DNA of 64,000 nucleotides from Glaucostegus cemiculus (taxonomy: Eukaryota): the NCBI GenBank assembly GCA_976551045.1, contig CDPCPM010000012.1, positions 7,006,001 to 7,070,000 of the forward strand. The letters are read 5' to 3'. The notes beneath the pieces are model-generated. The model was given only the letters and a program-made list of their open reading frames with translations, was not told where the DNA came from and did no database searches. Shown in pieces: positions 38,420 through 51,292 of this stretch; the stretch's first letter is position 1; each line of letters opens with the position of its first letter. Both the position numbers and the translations under genes were made by a program.

Positions 38420-39500
38420 GGCCTTTAGAAATTATTCAGATTGCCACTCTAGCCCTTCCCACAAGATATTTGTGGAGTACTGTTCCAGTTAGTCCTTCTT
38501 ACCCTCTCTAACCATACATTCTGATAATTTGTTCCTTCGAGTATTTATCTCACCCTCTCTTAAATCCACAGCCATCAGGCAAAGCTTTCCGAATTCCAAC
38601 CACTCACAGTTGCCTTCATTTCTTTTGTTGATGATCAACCTGTGTTCTCTTGGTACTGACCTTTCAGCTAATGGAACATGCTTTACTGTACTTCCTCAAA
38701 TGATGTGAAGTATTTCCATGAACCCCGCCCCCCCATCTTAGCCTTCTGTGATCAACAGTCTCTCCACATAACCACAATCTCTTCTACCTGAAACGATTTT
38801 ATAAATTTTTTTTTTGTATTTTCTCAAGATATTATACTTCCTGAACTATCATATTTAGGTGAGAGCCACTAGTGCATATATAGGTTTTGTATAATTTTGT
38901 GGCTTTTAGACTTCATGTCCTAAAAATCTCAAGATGCCATGTGCTTCATTAACTGCTTTGTTTACCTGCCCAATCACCCTCACCATTGCCCTGAAAATCC
39001 TCCTGTCTTATAGCATCTTTAGAATTGTGCCATTTAGTATTATCTCATCTCATTTTTCCTAACAAAATGTATGATCTCCCAAGTTTTTTCACTGAATTTC
39101 ATCAGCCGTACAGCTGTTCATTCCACTCGTCTATCTTGCATCCTTTTGGAACCTGTCACCATCCTCCTCACCACTTACGCAATTCCAGGTTTTGTGTCCT
39201 CAATAGATTTTTTAAATGTGCCCCATAACACAAATCCAACTTATTAACACATAAAAAAAACAACAATCAAGTGAAGAATCCTGGCAAGTTCCACTGTAAA
39301 CTTAATAGCCAGAAGCCTCTCCTTTCTACCTCTTCTATCTAATTGGCCTCAATTTTGTTAGCAGGCCTGACATATGGTACTTATTGAATACCTTTTAAAC
39401 ATTCATACATGTTAGCTGCAGAGCCTTCATATACTATTTCTGTTACTTGATCAAAACAAAATCAACGCAATGTTTTCATAAATGCATTGAGCCACATGTA
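38420..39500 (-). mobile_element. Highly decayed CR1 RT/3' region
   Basis: Reverse-strand similarity in style to 2600-3750 (e.g. ttccgaattccaaccactc; ggtacttattgaataccttttaaacattcata). Confidence 0.55.
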
Positions 39501-41759
39501 TATGCACTGAGATAATGGTTTATTTGTAAGGCAGAGCATATACATAGTGAGCCTTCAAGTGCCTGCTGCAGACTGCTTGTCAACATTATTGCTACATTGT
39601 TACATAGCTCTTTCCTCCAACAGGAATGAAATATGTCCCTGAAGATGGATGTACTTCACTAATTCCTGCAATACGGATGACTCTACTCCTTTTTATTAAA
39701 AGACATTTTTGTCTATACTCTTTTACACCCTCAACATGGAGATACAAGTAACTTAATGCCCATATTTAACAAATAACAACTGTAAATGTAATCTCGTAAT
39801 CTTTTTTTTTTGGAATGTTCTTAATCTCCTGCAGGTTTTGGTACTGAATTAACTTTTGGACTGCTTGGCTCTGGATTTGAACTCAGAAGATTGTTTCTTT
39901 GTCAGACTTCTTTGGATTTGGTCCTTCACATCCTGAAGTCTACACTGGATCCAACTCAGACACAACTTCATGACTGAGTTGGTTCATCTCTAGCTGTGAT
40001 CAATTTAGATTTTAATCACTAAATTTAAATTAAATGTCTTTTGATGTCATAAGTCACTCATGTTTTCCATCTCTCTCTAGTGCAAGTTCAACTTATTGGG
40101 AAGACTAAGAAACAAGTTGCTTTTGCTTGAAACTGTTTCTCCTGTTAAGTGGCATGGGGACATTTTTGACTCAACTGCTTCTGTTCAATTCAGGTAGTAA
40201 ATACGATTGAACAAGGCTTAGGTGTCTTTAGAAGACTCTCTTCAACAAGAGTTTGTGCCTTTTCCTTTTAACTAAATACCTGGCTGTTCTACTCTGTCAA
40301 ACTTTGGTTAGTGATGGCCACTGCACTGAGAGCAACTGCCTAAACAGACCAATCATACCCAATGCTGCGAGTGATCACAAGTCCCCATGATCAATGACAG
40401 CACTGGGACCACATATTGAGAGATCTGTGAACTGCACTTATCAATTCACAAAACTGTTGATAAATCGTTAGAACTGCCAGTAATATAGTTTTAAAGAAAT
40501 AAAAATTACAGCATATAAAAACAATATCCCATGGGGACATCTAAAATCAAGCAGGTTCACTATTTTCAGCATAACATACTTCCAGCTGAACTGCGTGTTA
40601 ATAATGTAAGCTGTAAATTACAAGCATTTCATCAATTTCTGCCGTAAAGTAAATAATACCCACTAAACACATTGACGATGTGATTATGTGTGCAAGGTAA
40701 CAGAAAGGAAATAACATTAGGTGAACAGGAAAAGGTGCCAGAAAGACCCTGGTCCAAGTACCTGACAGGCAAGATTTCACTGGAAAATCTATGTAAACAT
40801 TGCAAAGTATTCCCAAAATTGCATGTTACTGTACTATTTCCACACAGAAGACTGACAAATAGATTTTTTTCTCTTCCAACTTCAAGACTAACATCTTTAA
40901 ATAAGACACCTTGCATGAGAAGATTCAGTGTGCTTGTGTACTTCTGGCCCAGGAGAAATATTGCTATCATTATGCTCATATACCACTTTTTTTTGGGAGG
41001 GGCTCACATGCTTTCTTTCAACCTCCATGATATTGTTCACCTTAAATAACAGTCCTTTAATATGCAAGCTGAATGATTCTGAAGTTCAGTCATACATACC
41101 AAATCTCCCAATATTGATATGGCAGTCTTAATGTCCAATTCCATTGAACTGTGACCCAGCTGAACTTGCTGCATGCAATAATTCAGTCACAAGTCCAAGT
41201 TGCCAACTCTTGGCACTCTGGTACAATTGACAATACATGCAAAAACCTCAGACAAACAATATTACATCCAAGTGGTCATGGAAGCATACCAGGAAAAATC
41301 AGTTTGAGTGCTACAAACTCAGCCAGAATTTGCCAAGCAAGAGTCACCAATTTCTTTCAGTAATCCTAAAGATCCCACAAATTTATAAAAAATCTTTACA
41401 AACATGTTAAGACACAGCATCTATACAGATCCAAGATACTTATTTGCAAGATAGAAAACTTAACTTATAAATATGTTCAGTCTTCAAGCTCCTGATACAA
41501 TCTGCTTGTTCCAGTCTGTGTAATCTTTACAAAGCATGTACACCACAGGACTCTCCTGTCTTCCAGGATCACTCTATGTTCCAGCATATAGATCCACTAC
41601 ATCAAGTTCATCAAACTTTTCCCATTAATAAACCTTGGTTCTCCTTTCTTTCTGGACTGTTTGTTCAAAGGGCTATTCATTTTCTGCCGGTTTGTTTCTA
41701 AAATTTCCCCACCATCAATATTAAATTAATAGTTTCCAGGTTCCTCCCTTTCTCTTTCT

Positions 41760-42050
41760 AAGATACGATCTTTATTAGTCACATGTACATCGAAACACAC
41801 AGTGAAATGCATCTTTTGCGTAGTGTTTTTGGGGGGCAGCCCGCAAGTGTCACAGTGCTTCGGCGCCAACATAGCATGCCCATAACTTCCTAACATGTAC
41901 GTCTTTGGAATGTGGGAGGAAACCAGAGCACCTGCAGGAAACCCACACAGACACGGGAAGAACGTACAAACCCCTTACAGACAGTGGCCGGATTTGAACC
42001 CAAGTCTCTGGTGCTGTAAAGTATTATGCTAACCACTATGCTACTGTGCC
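41760..42050 (-). mobile_element. tRNA-derived V-SINE-like element, copy 2 (more complete), nested in an old CR1 fragment (~41480-42350)
   Basis: A box TAGCATAGTGG and B box GGTTCAAATCC (41990-42000) on the minus strand; tail with AATAAA at 41771-41776. The host CR1 text tttctctttc / ttctttgaacaatggtg resumes across the insertion. Confidence 0.9.
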
Positions 42051-43724
42051 TGCCCATTGTTCTTTGAACAATGGTGCAACATTTGTAGTCCTCCAGTCCT
42101 TTTAGAGCCACCCTATATTTTAGAAGGATGAGAAGATTGTTGCCAGTACATCTCCAATTTCTAACTTCATAACCCAAGCATTTCCCTTTACCTTGTTAAT
42201 CCACATCCACAAACACACATCAATAAATCTAGGAGCTAATTTGTGGCCAATTGTAAACCACCTCAGATCAGTAGTCTGGGAATCAAACCTGATCTGTGTG
42301 GATTGAAGATGGCATCTTTCCCTTGATTGAGTTGCTAATTCCACTTTGCAAACTCAAACATCTAACTAATGTTTTCAGTAGTGGTAATTAGTTTTATTTT
42401 ATTTACTTCTTTGTTGCTCTAGCTTCCAGCATCTGCAGTCTCTTGTTGTCTAGTTTTATTTTTAGTGTTATCAGAGTCATCTGCAATACTATAGACGCTT
42501 GATCTTCCTATAAATGAGGGGTAATTGTATGGGGGAATGGCTATGTAAAACTGTTTTTCAAAAGTTTTTAGAAAGCAAATAACAGGACCATTTCTCATTA
42601 AGTATTAAGGAGTAGCCGATGGCTATTTCTCCTACATGTAATTTGTGCAACTTTATAAACTACCTGCTTTATTTTATGTGTCAATACTTCCTGCTAACAT
42701 TCTCTCCATCTAAAAATGTTGACTTCCCAATGGCATACCTTAGGTCACTTACAGACAGTAAGATTCAATAAATTAAAATATGGCTTAAGAAGGCAGAAAT
42801 TAAAATTTTGGGACATCAAAGCAAATTCAATGATAGGCAGAGTGATCATTCTGAATATGCTAAAATGCCTGCAAAAGGAATTACCTGGACATTGGGAGAG
42901 AATTTAAACTTTTATGGCAAGGAGGAAAACATCATGGAACAGTAAAACTAGTAAAGTCAGTAACCACCAACTGCAAAAAAGGAAAAAATAACCACAAACC
43001 AATAAACCATACACATGATTTAGACTTTAATACAAAGAGTTAATAAAATTTTGTTGCTCAAGAGGGAGCAGTAAAATGCCAGAAAGATTGGGGGTGACTA
43101 GAGCAAATAGAAACAGGGAAGTGTAAATCAACTAATAAAACCATAAAAGAAAATAATTTGGCTTTTTATCTCATTGGTGTTTGTGTTACTTTGTTGAGCA
43201 ATAAACTTTTCAACATAATGCAGAAACAAGGATGAACATGTCTTTAGTTATCCAACAGTTTAACTTGGGAAAATGGTGGTGGTAGGGAGGGTGTAGATGT
43301 AGGTGCGGGGGCAAGTAGAGAGGAGGGGGAAAGGATGAAATAATAAACATTTCCATGTTACCTGAAATGGATATTTTAATTGATTAGTAACATCATAAAC
43401 CATAAACCCTGTGGCAAAATTGCTTTTTGATATTTTCTTCAACAGTAAAACCAAACCCCATGACACTTCTCGCTCCTTAAGTCATATATAAACCACACTG
43501 TTAAAAACATGTCTGCCTATTAAAAAAAAGGGGGTTTTGCTTCTCTTAACTTTGAGCTCAAGAAGAAAAAGTGTGTTGTCGGTATTGGCAAAGTAGTTTT
43601 GGCTACCTGAACTAAGACTCTCCAGACCATTCAATGCAACTGGCCATCCAAGCTCATGAGCAGAAAGTGAGAGAACAAACCTCAGTTTAAATAGTCTGCA
43701 AACTGAAACATTTCACAAACTGGT

Positions 43725-44100
43725 TTCCCTGGAGGTGCTGCTTCAAGAAGACAACATCTACCATCAAAGATCCTCACCATGCCATCTTTCGCAGCTATCA
43801 CTGGGCAAGAAGAACAGAAGCCTGAAGTCCCACACTACCAGCTTCAAGAACAACTGAACCATTCAGTTCTTGAACCAACCAGCAGAACCCGAACTACCAT
43901 TACAGTTAATAACACTATGACCACTCTGATCACTTTGCACTAAAATGGACTTTATTTTGTTCTAAATATGTTTTGTTGCTTGTAAAAATGGTGTATAATT
44001 TATGTTTTTTCTTTTGAATGCTGCTTATGTCATGCTATGTGTCTGTGATGCTACAAGTAAGCTTTTAATTGCAACTCTGCATATGACAATAAACTCGTCT
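43725..44100 (+). mobile_element. Rex1/Babar-type LINE 3' end
   Basis: gtgctgcttcaagaagacaacatctaccatcaaagatcctcacc..agcctgaagtcccacactaccagcttcaagaaca parallels 8345-8490. Ends in atgacaataaact. Confidence 0.8.
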
Positions 44101-44334
44101 TTAACTAATAAATATCTTCAATACCTGCAGTCTACTGCTCTGCTGTTGAACCTAGGCAGGTTTGTTTTGTTTTCAAACAACACATGAATATAACTCACTG
44201 CCAAAATCCAAAAATTGTGCATCCACCTCAGGGAATTAGATGATGTTCTATTAACATCAGAAAAATAATTCTGCACACATTTGCTGTGGCTTATTGCCCT
44301 GAAGCAATTTGACACTGGAATAGTATAGAAATAT

Positions 44335-44760
44335 AGCAAAAAAGATTGTTGGGCTGAATAGTTTATCGTGATACCTGAACCAAAACTAAGTCTCCCGCAT
44401 TCAATTTATCTCATCTCAGTCTTTCAGCACATCTTTCTATTCCCTTTTCTATCATATGCATGTCTAGTTTCCTTTTGAAAGCATCCAAGCTATTTGTCTC
44501 AACCACTTCCTGTGAGAGCATGTTTCACATTCTAACCACTGAGTGAAGAAAATTCTCCATATTTCCACAATGAACTTATTAATAACTATGTTGTATTGAT
44601 GGATTCTCCCACAAGTGGAAAATATTATCTTCATATCTACTCCATCTAACTGACTCATAACTTTAAAGACCTCTATTAGGTCTCCTTTAACTTTGCTCTT
44701 TATATTCATGGTTTGAGAGTCTCCAGCCATTATTTACTTTCTGAAAACTAAACTCTGACT
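44335..44760 (-). mobile_element. CR1 3' fragment
   Basis: ORF 44464-44730 contains KGDLIEVFKVM..LDGVD..IF and FFTQ, which are CR1 ORF2 C-terminal motifs. Confidence 0.8.
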
Positions 44761-45529
44761 TCCCTAATAATTGAAATAATAAACCTTACCTTATCTAGTC
44801 TTGTTATTTTTCTTTACTGCTTTTTCCTTTCTCTTTTTTTCTGATGGATTAAATGTAAAATTAAAATACTTGATACTGTTTAATATGATTGGTCCACCTG
44901 GAAAATAGGATTAGGCTTCTGCTAAAGAAGGGAGTTCATAGTCCTGAAGAAAATGCTGCAAAAATTTTAAAGGATAACATGAGTTGGAATAATAAGAAAG
45001 TGCAACTAGGACTGGATGCTTCCAAACCTTGAACATAAGAGAAAAGTTATTCAAAATGATAAAATTAATAGATGATATGATTTCTCAGATCATATAAATT
45101 AGAGGCTGGTTCCCAGAAGAATTACAAGATGCAACACATAAAAACAAACATATTCATACAAAGGAATATACAATGAATTTTCGTGGGAGGCAATCGATGC
45201 TTTCCTAACTGCAGCATTCAAAAAGGTACAGGCTAATTACTTAGTGAATAGTTTGGGAAGTAAAATGGGAAAATTGCATTCATCTAGAAGGGAGAAAGGA
45301 AAATTGGAAATTAATCCAGAAGGGAGATGTAGATTCATCAGAAGCAAGAAACACCAAATGGATATCCAGGACTAAAAATCTAAATGGAAAACAATGGAAC
45401 AAAAAAAAAATTTCAGGACCAACTAGCAAATCTAAAAAATAACCATGAATTGCCTTAGATGCCCTGCCAGGTATTGTTGAATAGGTACCGCAACCACTAA
45501 GTACAACCAATGTCATCACTGCAAAATGT

Positions 45530-46036
45530 TCCAAGTCTACAGGAATGATGAACTATCTTCTCTGGTCAACATCCTGAGCATGGTGGCTCTGATCATGCTT
45601 AACCAACTTCAGTGGTCACATGCCTGACATCAGACTCTTGAAACAAGCACTCCATCCTTAACCCTATCACAACAAGCATTTCCAGAACAAAGAAAACACT
45701 TCAAGGATGTCCTCAAAAGATCTCTTGCAACAAAATAGAACATTCTCACCAATTCATGGGAATCTCTTGCCCAAGATCATTCAAGCTGGTGGGAGACTAT
45801 TGAGGAAGGCACCAAGTAATTTAGGTCACTCCAACAGTGAGCATGTGAAGAACTGTATGCAAATGATAAAAGCAGCACTGAATAATCTAAACAATCCTCC
45901 ACCTTGTCCCATCAAGCTCCACCTATGGCAGAATCTGCAGATGCAAAGTGGGGCATATCAGACACATCGGTATCCATAAGCCCCAAATGGAAGTGTGTCA
46001 CTCTCAATGTAGAGGGATTGCCAAAGACAAAGAAGA
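45530..46036 (+). mobile_element. RTE-clade LINE 3' fragment
   Basis: Remnants of QL.W..H.PD.RL.KQ.L and a C-terminal C2H2-like finger. Tail gagggattgccaaagacaaagaag. Confidence 0.7.
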
Positions 46037-46174
46037 TCTGTAAGGCAGATCATACTTTTTTTAAATTCTTGTGCAGGACTCCATCTTTCGGCTTCAAAAT
46101 TCAAACTAACAAATGAGGATGAGGGAAGATATTAGTTCATTCTGTCTCTTTATTTAAGACATCTTCTGTTGATT

Positions 46175-46985
46175 ATCTTCTAAAACATCCTTGAGATCAA
46201 GGATAACCTGCTTCCACTCTGGTTTTGTGGGTTCTGAGGTGACAGATGAGAACAATGTGGGAACCACAGATCCTTCCACAAAAAGTCCCTGATGAGGGGG
46301 TTGGGTGGGTAAGTTGTGAATTGGTGTGTTTTCTTCTGTCTTTCATGCAAGCTCTGTGTGAACAAGGTTCTCAGTACAATCCTGAATGCTCCTCCTCCAC
46401 TTTGAGCAATCATGGGCTAGGTGCTGTATTGTTCAAAGAGGCTTTGAGCACATTCTCTTCCAATGGCAGAGCTCAGAATGGAGTCTTACATCGAACATGT
46501 GAGTAATGTGGCTCACCTAATGAAATCGACCGAGTGCAATTAAGGCCTCAAAGCTAGAGATGTTGGCTTTGGAAAAAAGTACTGAAATTTGTTCACTAAC
46601 CCTTGCAGTGAATTTGGAGGATTTTGCAGAGGCAGAATTGGTGGTGTGCCTTCAGGTGCCTGTTGCAGATAATTCAGTTTCAGAATATAGGAGGGCAGGG
46701 ATTACAGCTGCTTGCTAGATTATGAGTTTAGTGCCAGCTCTGAGGTCTTGATCTTCAAACACCCTTTCTCTCAGCTGACCAAAGGCATTGAAGGCAATGC
46801 TAAATTTCATCATCAATGTCTGCCTTCATCAAGAGGTGGCTTCTGAGACATGAAAAGTGATCCATATTCTCCAAGGTTTCACCCATGAACAAATCAATGA
46901 TAGCTTGGAGCTCAGTCTCTAAACTATCTGTTGATGATAATGTGGCAGAGGGCACTATTGTGTAATTCATCTCCCTCTTATTGAC
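46175..46985 (-). mobile_element. RTE-clade LINE 3' fragment, inverted relative to 45530-46036
   Basis: Reversed tail cttgagatcaaggataacctgcttccactctggttttgtgggttctgagg. ORF 46800-47006 retains ETELQAIIDLF and ETLENMDHFSCLRSHL..KADIDDEI, typical of RTE RT. Confidence 0.8.
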
Positions 46986-48879
46986 GCATATTAATTCAGT
47001 TTTCAAAGTATTTCAAAAATATTACCTGAATCTCTTTTTAAATTTGCCTCCAGTTTTGTTTCAAATATGTTTCATAAACATTCGAGGAGAAGCTAAAAGC
47101 TAAAGAAAACTATATGACTATTTAGCTTAAGTACCAATAATGTTTAAATACACCACGTACATTAAAACTATATGATTTGCATCCAGCTAAAGAATTGCAT
47201 GTTTGGGGAAAAATATCAAGGTATGGGGAAAGGTAGAGGCAGATAAGTAGAAAGTTTTACAGAGAGGTTAAGAACAATATAGCCACTATGAATAAAAATG
47301 ACAAACAAAAATGTAATTTAGAAAGGATCGAGTGATCTATAAAGATAACTGGATCGTGTAGTTATATTCCAGGGAGCAATGACAGGTCAATGACCAGATT
47401 AACACAGGAAATCCTACACAGCGCCGCCTACAGGAAAACCAAACAGGTAGGCTTAATGGGTAAATCTGAACATTTTTACATTTGAATTCTCATGGGAAAT
47501 TTTTTTTTACACGACAGCTTTCAACAGAATGTGTGACCCATGGAGGAATTATTGAATCAATAAAGAATCTGGCTCATGAGCTTAATAGTAAGAACCAGAA
47601 GTCTAATAGCTCATGGAATAAGAGTCCCAAGCAGCCTTTAAGCAAACAGTGAGAACAGATGTGTAATCGCTCAGGTGGCATCATAACTTCAATGTAACTA
47701 TACCATGTACTTTATGTTAAGCCACAGATGCAGAACCTGTTCAATCTCTGGGGTTAGCCTGAAGCCATCCCACGAGTTTGAGAGTCTGGAAGTGCAGTCC
47801 AATCCACTTAAGCGCATGCAAGGCCCTGATAAGTTTGTATATATTTATTCACCCAAATTCTAAGCAATCTTACACAAATCAGGAGCTAAATCAGAGCAAC
47901 TACATAAGTACTCAATTCAATCACCCTTTGTTGACCAGAATGACTACAACCTAATGCACTGACTGGATGAAAATGTGATACCAAGTGAGAGTAGCAGAGT
48001 CAGCTCTAATATTCTCCCCAGTCAAACGTGCTCAGTCGAGTGATTACACAAAGATAATGTCTATTCCTATCAGCTGCTGGAGGATACATGGCACCCATAG
48101 TAGTTTACTCTAAACAGATGTCTGACCTTTCAGGAGTAGGAAGAGATGAAATTGACAAGACAAAAAGGTGGAAGTCAATTTATTAAATCAAATACATCAT
48201 GAAATTATTTTGCTTCAAATTAGGGCATGTAAATATGGAATCAATGATGTAAATGGATAGATCTTTTGGAAGAGTGTACAAAGTTCTTAGCTGGTTTCTT
48301 TGTAAATATTAGTCTAAAAGTAAACAAACTCCCACCCAACAGACTCAAAATTCATGCAACCTTTTGTTTATTTCTTTCTGACCTCAGATCTAAGCTGTGA
48401 TTATCTGCTTGTTTACCACCAACTAATAATATTGAATAATTTTTATATTAAGTAAGGAGTTGGGTTTAAAACATATTAGAGTGTAAATAATCCAATCTGC
48501 CATGTATTTTGGCAACTGGTAGACATTTCGAACGTAACTAATACAAAGAATAAAACACTGACACCAGCAACCGCCAGCATGGTATTGTACAAAAGGCAGT
48601 GAATGTTTGTTCATGATTTTAGGGTCTGATAATCTTGAGAGTGCCAAGTATGACAATGGCTTGATTACAAACCAACCATAAACAGAATGACTTAGTAGAT
48701 AAAAGGAACTACCAGAAATAAGGTGGGGGGGGGGCTGAAATAAGAGATGGTGGATCAGGGTTCGATGTGGACTAGATAGTTTAACAGCCCAGCAGCTCAC
48801 CTTTAAACTTACCAAGGATAAACTAACAGTGTGAAATTGACAAAAAAAACCTCTATGATCCATTTAGTAATTACTAAAT

Positions 48880-49220
48880 GAGGTCTATGGCTGAGCCATG
48901 CAGATAGAAGGCCCAAAGTTTGATTCCAACTGTACACAGAGTTAAATCTTCTCAGCTAGAGGGACTCCACAATTAACCTCATCACTGTTGATGAAAAGGG
49001 AGGGGAAATAAGCCACAAATCCTGTTCACAATGTTAATCAGCTGGAATCTGAAAATGTAAGGGGTTTAGGAAGCACAAAAACACTAACTGTGATGCTTTT
49101 CCCATAATTGAAAACTATCACAATTTCATTCCAGAGAAACAGCCACTTGGATCAGGTACCTCAGAACAACAGGTGCCCTTGCACAAGCAAATATTCTCAA
49201 GGACATAAGTGAAAAATTGA
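48880..49220 (+). mobile_element. Old tRNA-derived SINE (family unassigned)
   Basis: Head ctgagccatgcagatagaaggcccaaagtttgattcc with a B-box-like motif. Body motifs caattaacctca, ctgtgatgc and gccacttggatcaggtacc resemble a recurrent chondrichthyan element recalled from memory. Confidence 0.45.
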
Positions 49221-50470
49221 AAAAGGGGAGTGGAGTGAAATCAGATTCAGATTTTAAATCTCACTGGCCAGTGATTCCACTGTCAATTATTTGAACAAAA
49301 GAAAAACATTACATTGCAAAGTGACTTAGCTTATGAGCATAAAAATAAAGTGGGAATTTATTGATACTTTGCTAAAAATGAACACATTTATTAAGTTTGT
49401 TTCGTCACAACAGCAGATGAATCAGTATACTGAACATATTAATTTCCTAACTTTAATAATGAACAACCCAAACCATTGGTGCTTTATTTATAATTATTAG
49501 ATCAATATAGATCTTTCTAACTTCCATGTGGTCAAAAGGAAGCAATTGTGTGAAGAAATACACAAACTTGCCTTAGTTTGGAATCAATTCTCTTGTTATA
49601 AAGCTCCATAATAAATGGTAAAATTGTGCTTGCATCATGGAACAGTCTACATATCTATTGGCATGTGCACCATCAGATCTTTATATGGCAAAAATGTTTG
49701 TATATTTTTTTCAGCTAGTTGATTAATATGTCATAAATCTTGGAGTCTAGCCTGTCAAATGAGAAACAGGATTACATCCAAAGCTGTCAAGATTAAGAAA
49801 ACTTATCTTGTTCTGCTGGAACTGGATCATTGTTAGATTCATATCAAATCTTGCAGAGTTATCTCATATTTCAGAAAAAAATGTTCCAATTTTTTTTTAA
49901 AGTTTTTTTTGATGAACACTGAAAACATGTTAACACTTTCAAAACACATGCATATTAATATGATAAAAACAAATAACACTTTCTGTTTTAATGTCACTGG
50001 AAAGTACTAAAATTGCTCACAACACACTCAGTTCAATTTTGAATGCGGAACAAACAAATATATATACATATATACCTGAAATCCATTGTTTCTGGCTTTG
50101 GGATATCCACTTGCTGAATCTCCCTTACTAAGCTTATGTCTCAGAACTCTCACTGCAGGGGCTCTCCTGATATCTTAATGTTTTATTTGGACCCCAATCC
50201 TCAAACCAACATTGTTCCTCCTGGGATTTCTCTCTACACCTATCTTAATATATATTAAATTATTGTATAATAAGCAAATACAATGAAGGTGCAGGACACT
50301 AGGCTAAATGCAGGAGGACTCTGTCTGGAGCTCCCACCTTTAATGAAATCAGTTTTTAACAACTCTTTTTTGTTAAATACAGCTGGTGTCAGGAGGATGC
50401 GTCCAACTCATAAAGCACACCAATGACAATGTACAGTGGCAGTAATACAAGGACATAGTTCATCATGACA

Positions 50471-50618
50471 NNNNNNNNNNNNNNNNNNNNNNNNNNNNNN
50501 NNNNNNNNNNNNNNNNNNNNNNNNNNNNNNNNNNNNNNNNNNNNNNNNNNNNNNNNNNNNNNNNNNNNNNNNNNNNNNNNNNNNNNNNNNNNNNNNNNNN
50601 NNNNNNNNNNNNNNNNNN
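50471..50618. other. Run of 148 N (gap or masked sequence)
   Basis: Directly visible. Confidence 0.99.
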
Positions 50619-51120
50619 TTCTCAACATCAAGATTTATGTCGCCAATTAGTGACTAACAGAGAAAATTGGTTGGCAGAAAAATTATATTCTTTGTGGCAC
50701 AACAAATAAAAGTCCCCCTACTAAAGGACATGGATACAAAACAAGTTCATAAAATATGCTGTTTTTCCGGCACATATACTTGAGAAAGAAATAGAAAAGA
50801 ATATGAAAATGATTTCACGTAGAGTGCTTAACCCTTTTGTGTTCTAGACGCTACAATATTTTAAGTACAAGACATCTCTACCTATTTAAAAAATTCTCAA
50901 AATAAACACTTAATATACAATGAGTTCCTTTATCTGTTACATATTGTATGTAGCTTTAGTTAGCTCTGCATACTCTCCACATCAAACAGCCATCACCACT
51001 ACTAGAAAGTGGGCTCATCAGAGAGCAACTCAAAAGGCACTGTGTGAAAAGAAGTGGAAAATTAAAGCTGAAGCCGTCTAGGAAGGGTTTAATTTACTGG
51101 CGTGTACAGTATGCAAATGA

Positions 51121-51292
51121 NNNNNNNNNNNNNNNNNNNNNNNNNNNNNNNNNNNNNNNNNNNNNNNNNNNNNNNNNNNNNNNNNNNNNNNNNNNNNNNN
51201 NNNNNNNNNNNNNNNNNNNNNNNNNNNNNNNNNNNNNNNNNNNNNNNNNNNNNNNNNNNNNNNNNNNNNNNNNNNNNNNNNNNNNNNNNNNN
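51121..51292. other. Run of 172 N (gap or masked sequence)
   Basis: Directly visible. Confidence 0.99.

Noticed and set aside
41985-42050. tRNA-like A/B boxes (also 5720-5775 and 37075-37135)
   Set aside because: These are SINE heads. No cloverleaf or poly-T terminator of a real tRNA gene.
50060-50130. Minus-strand TTTCAG|GTATAT resembling the FOXP1 exon donor
   Set aside because: It abuts a TA-rich microsatellite-like run, and no convincing matching acceptor was found.
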